Source: Klebsormidium nitens
Taxonomy: Eukaryota > Plantae > Klebsormidiophyceae
Direction: 5' to 3'
Assembly (NCBI GenBank): GCA_000708835.1
Contig: DF237028.1
Location: 62,001-126,000 of the forward strand
DNA length: 64,000 bases
The notes beneath the pieces were generated by a model that was not told the origin of the DNA, did no database searches, and saw only the letters and a list, made by a program, of their open reading frames with translations. Of this stretch, positions 63,993-64,000 are shown one piece after another (the first letter of the stretch is position 1; each line of letters starts with the position of its first letter). A program made the translations under genes and the position numbers.

Positions 63993-64000
63993 CTGAAACA

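Noticed and set aside
1-64000. CRISPR arrays, rRNA, tRNA, intact transposase/RT or viral genes; a functional metal-gene cluster (CobW, plastocyanin, cupin)
   Set aside because: No repeat-spacer array, RNA-gene signature or DDE/RT motif was found. The metal-related genes are separated by unrelated housekeeping genes, so clustering is unsupported.

Overview
Gene-dense, intron-rich eukaryotic nuclear DNA from the green lineage. Plant-type genes, GT-AG introns and compact spacing fit a streptophyte alga such as Klebsormidium (inference). I rebuilt 18 protein-coding genes by hand from splice sites and reading frames: IMPDH (5' part), PP1 inhibitor-2, CCDC137-like, RER1, eIF5A, a GT54/MGAT4-like glycosyltransferase, organellar RPS16, a PfkB kinase, a small Cys/His zinc-finger protein, a COG0523/CobW GTPase, an EamA/DMT transporter, L2HGDH, plastocyanin, an MFS transporter, a Tim17/22/23-family protein, a DUF985 cupin, 5-formyl-THF cyclo-ligase, and the 3' end of an ATG2/VPS13-C-like gene. 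The window also has two copies of a TA-flanked 290-bp MITE, a degenerate dispersed repeat family, several tandem duplications and two assembly gaps. The most unusual locus is 31.9-36.6 kb. There an intronless zinc-finger ORF ends only 77 nt before a CobW metallochaperone, a bicistronic/uORF-like arrangement. That CobW carries a C-terminal domain resembling the small domain of group II PLP-dependent decarboxylases. All family assignments come from remembered motifs; no database search was run.
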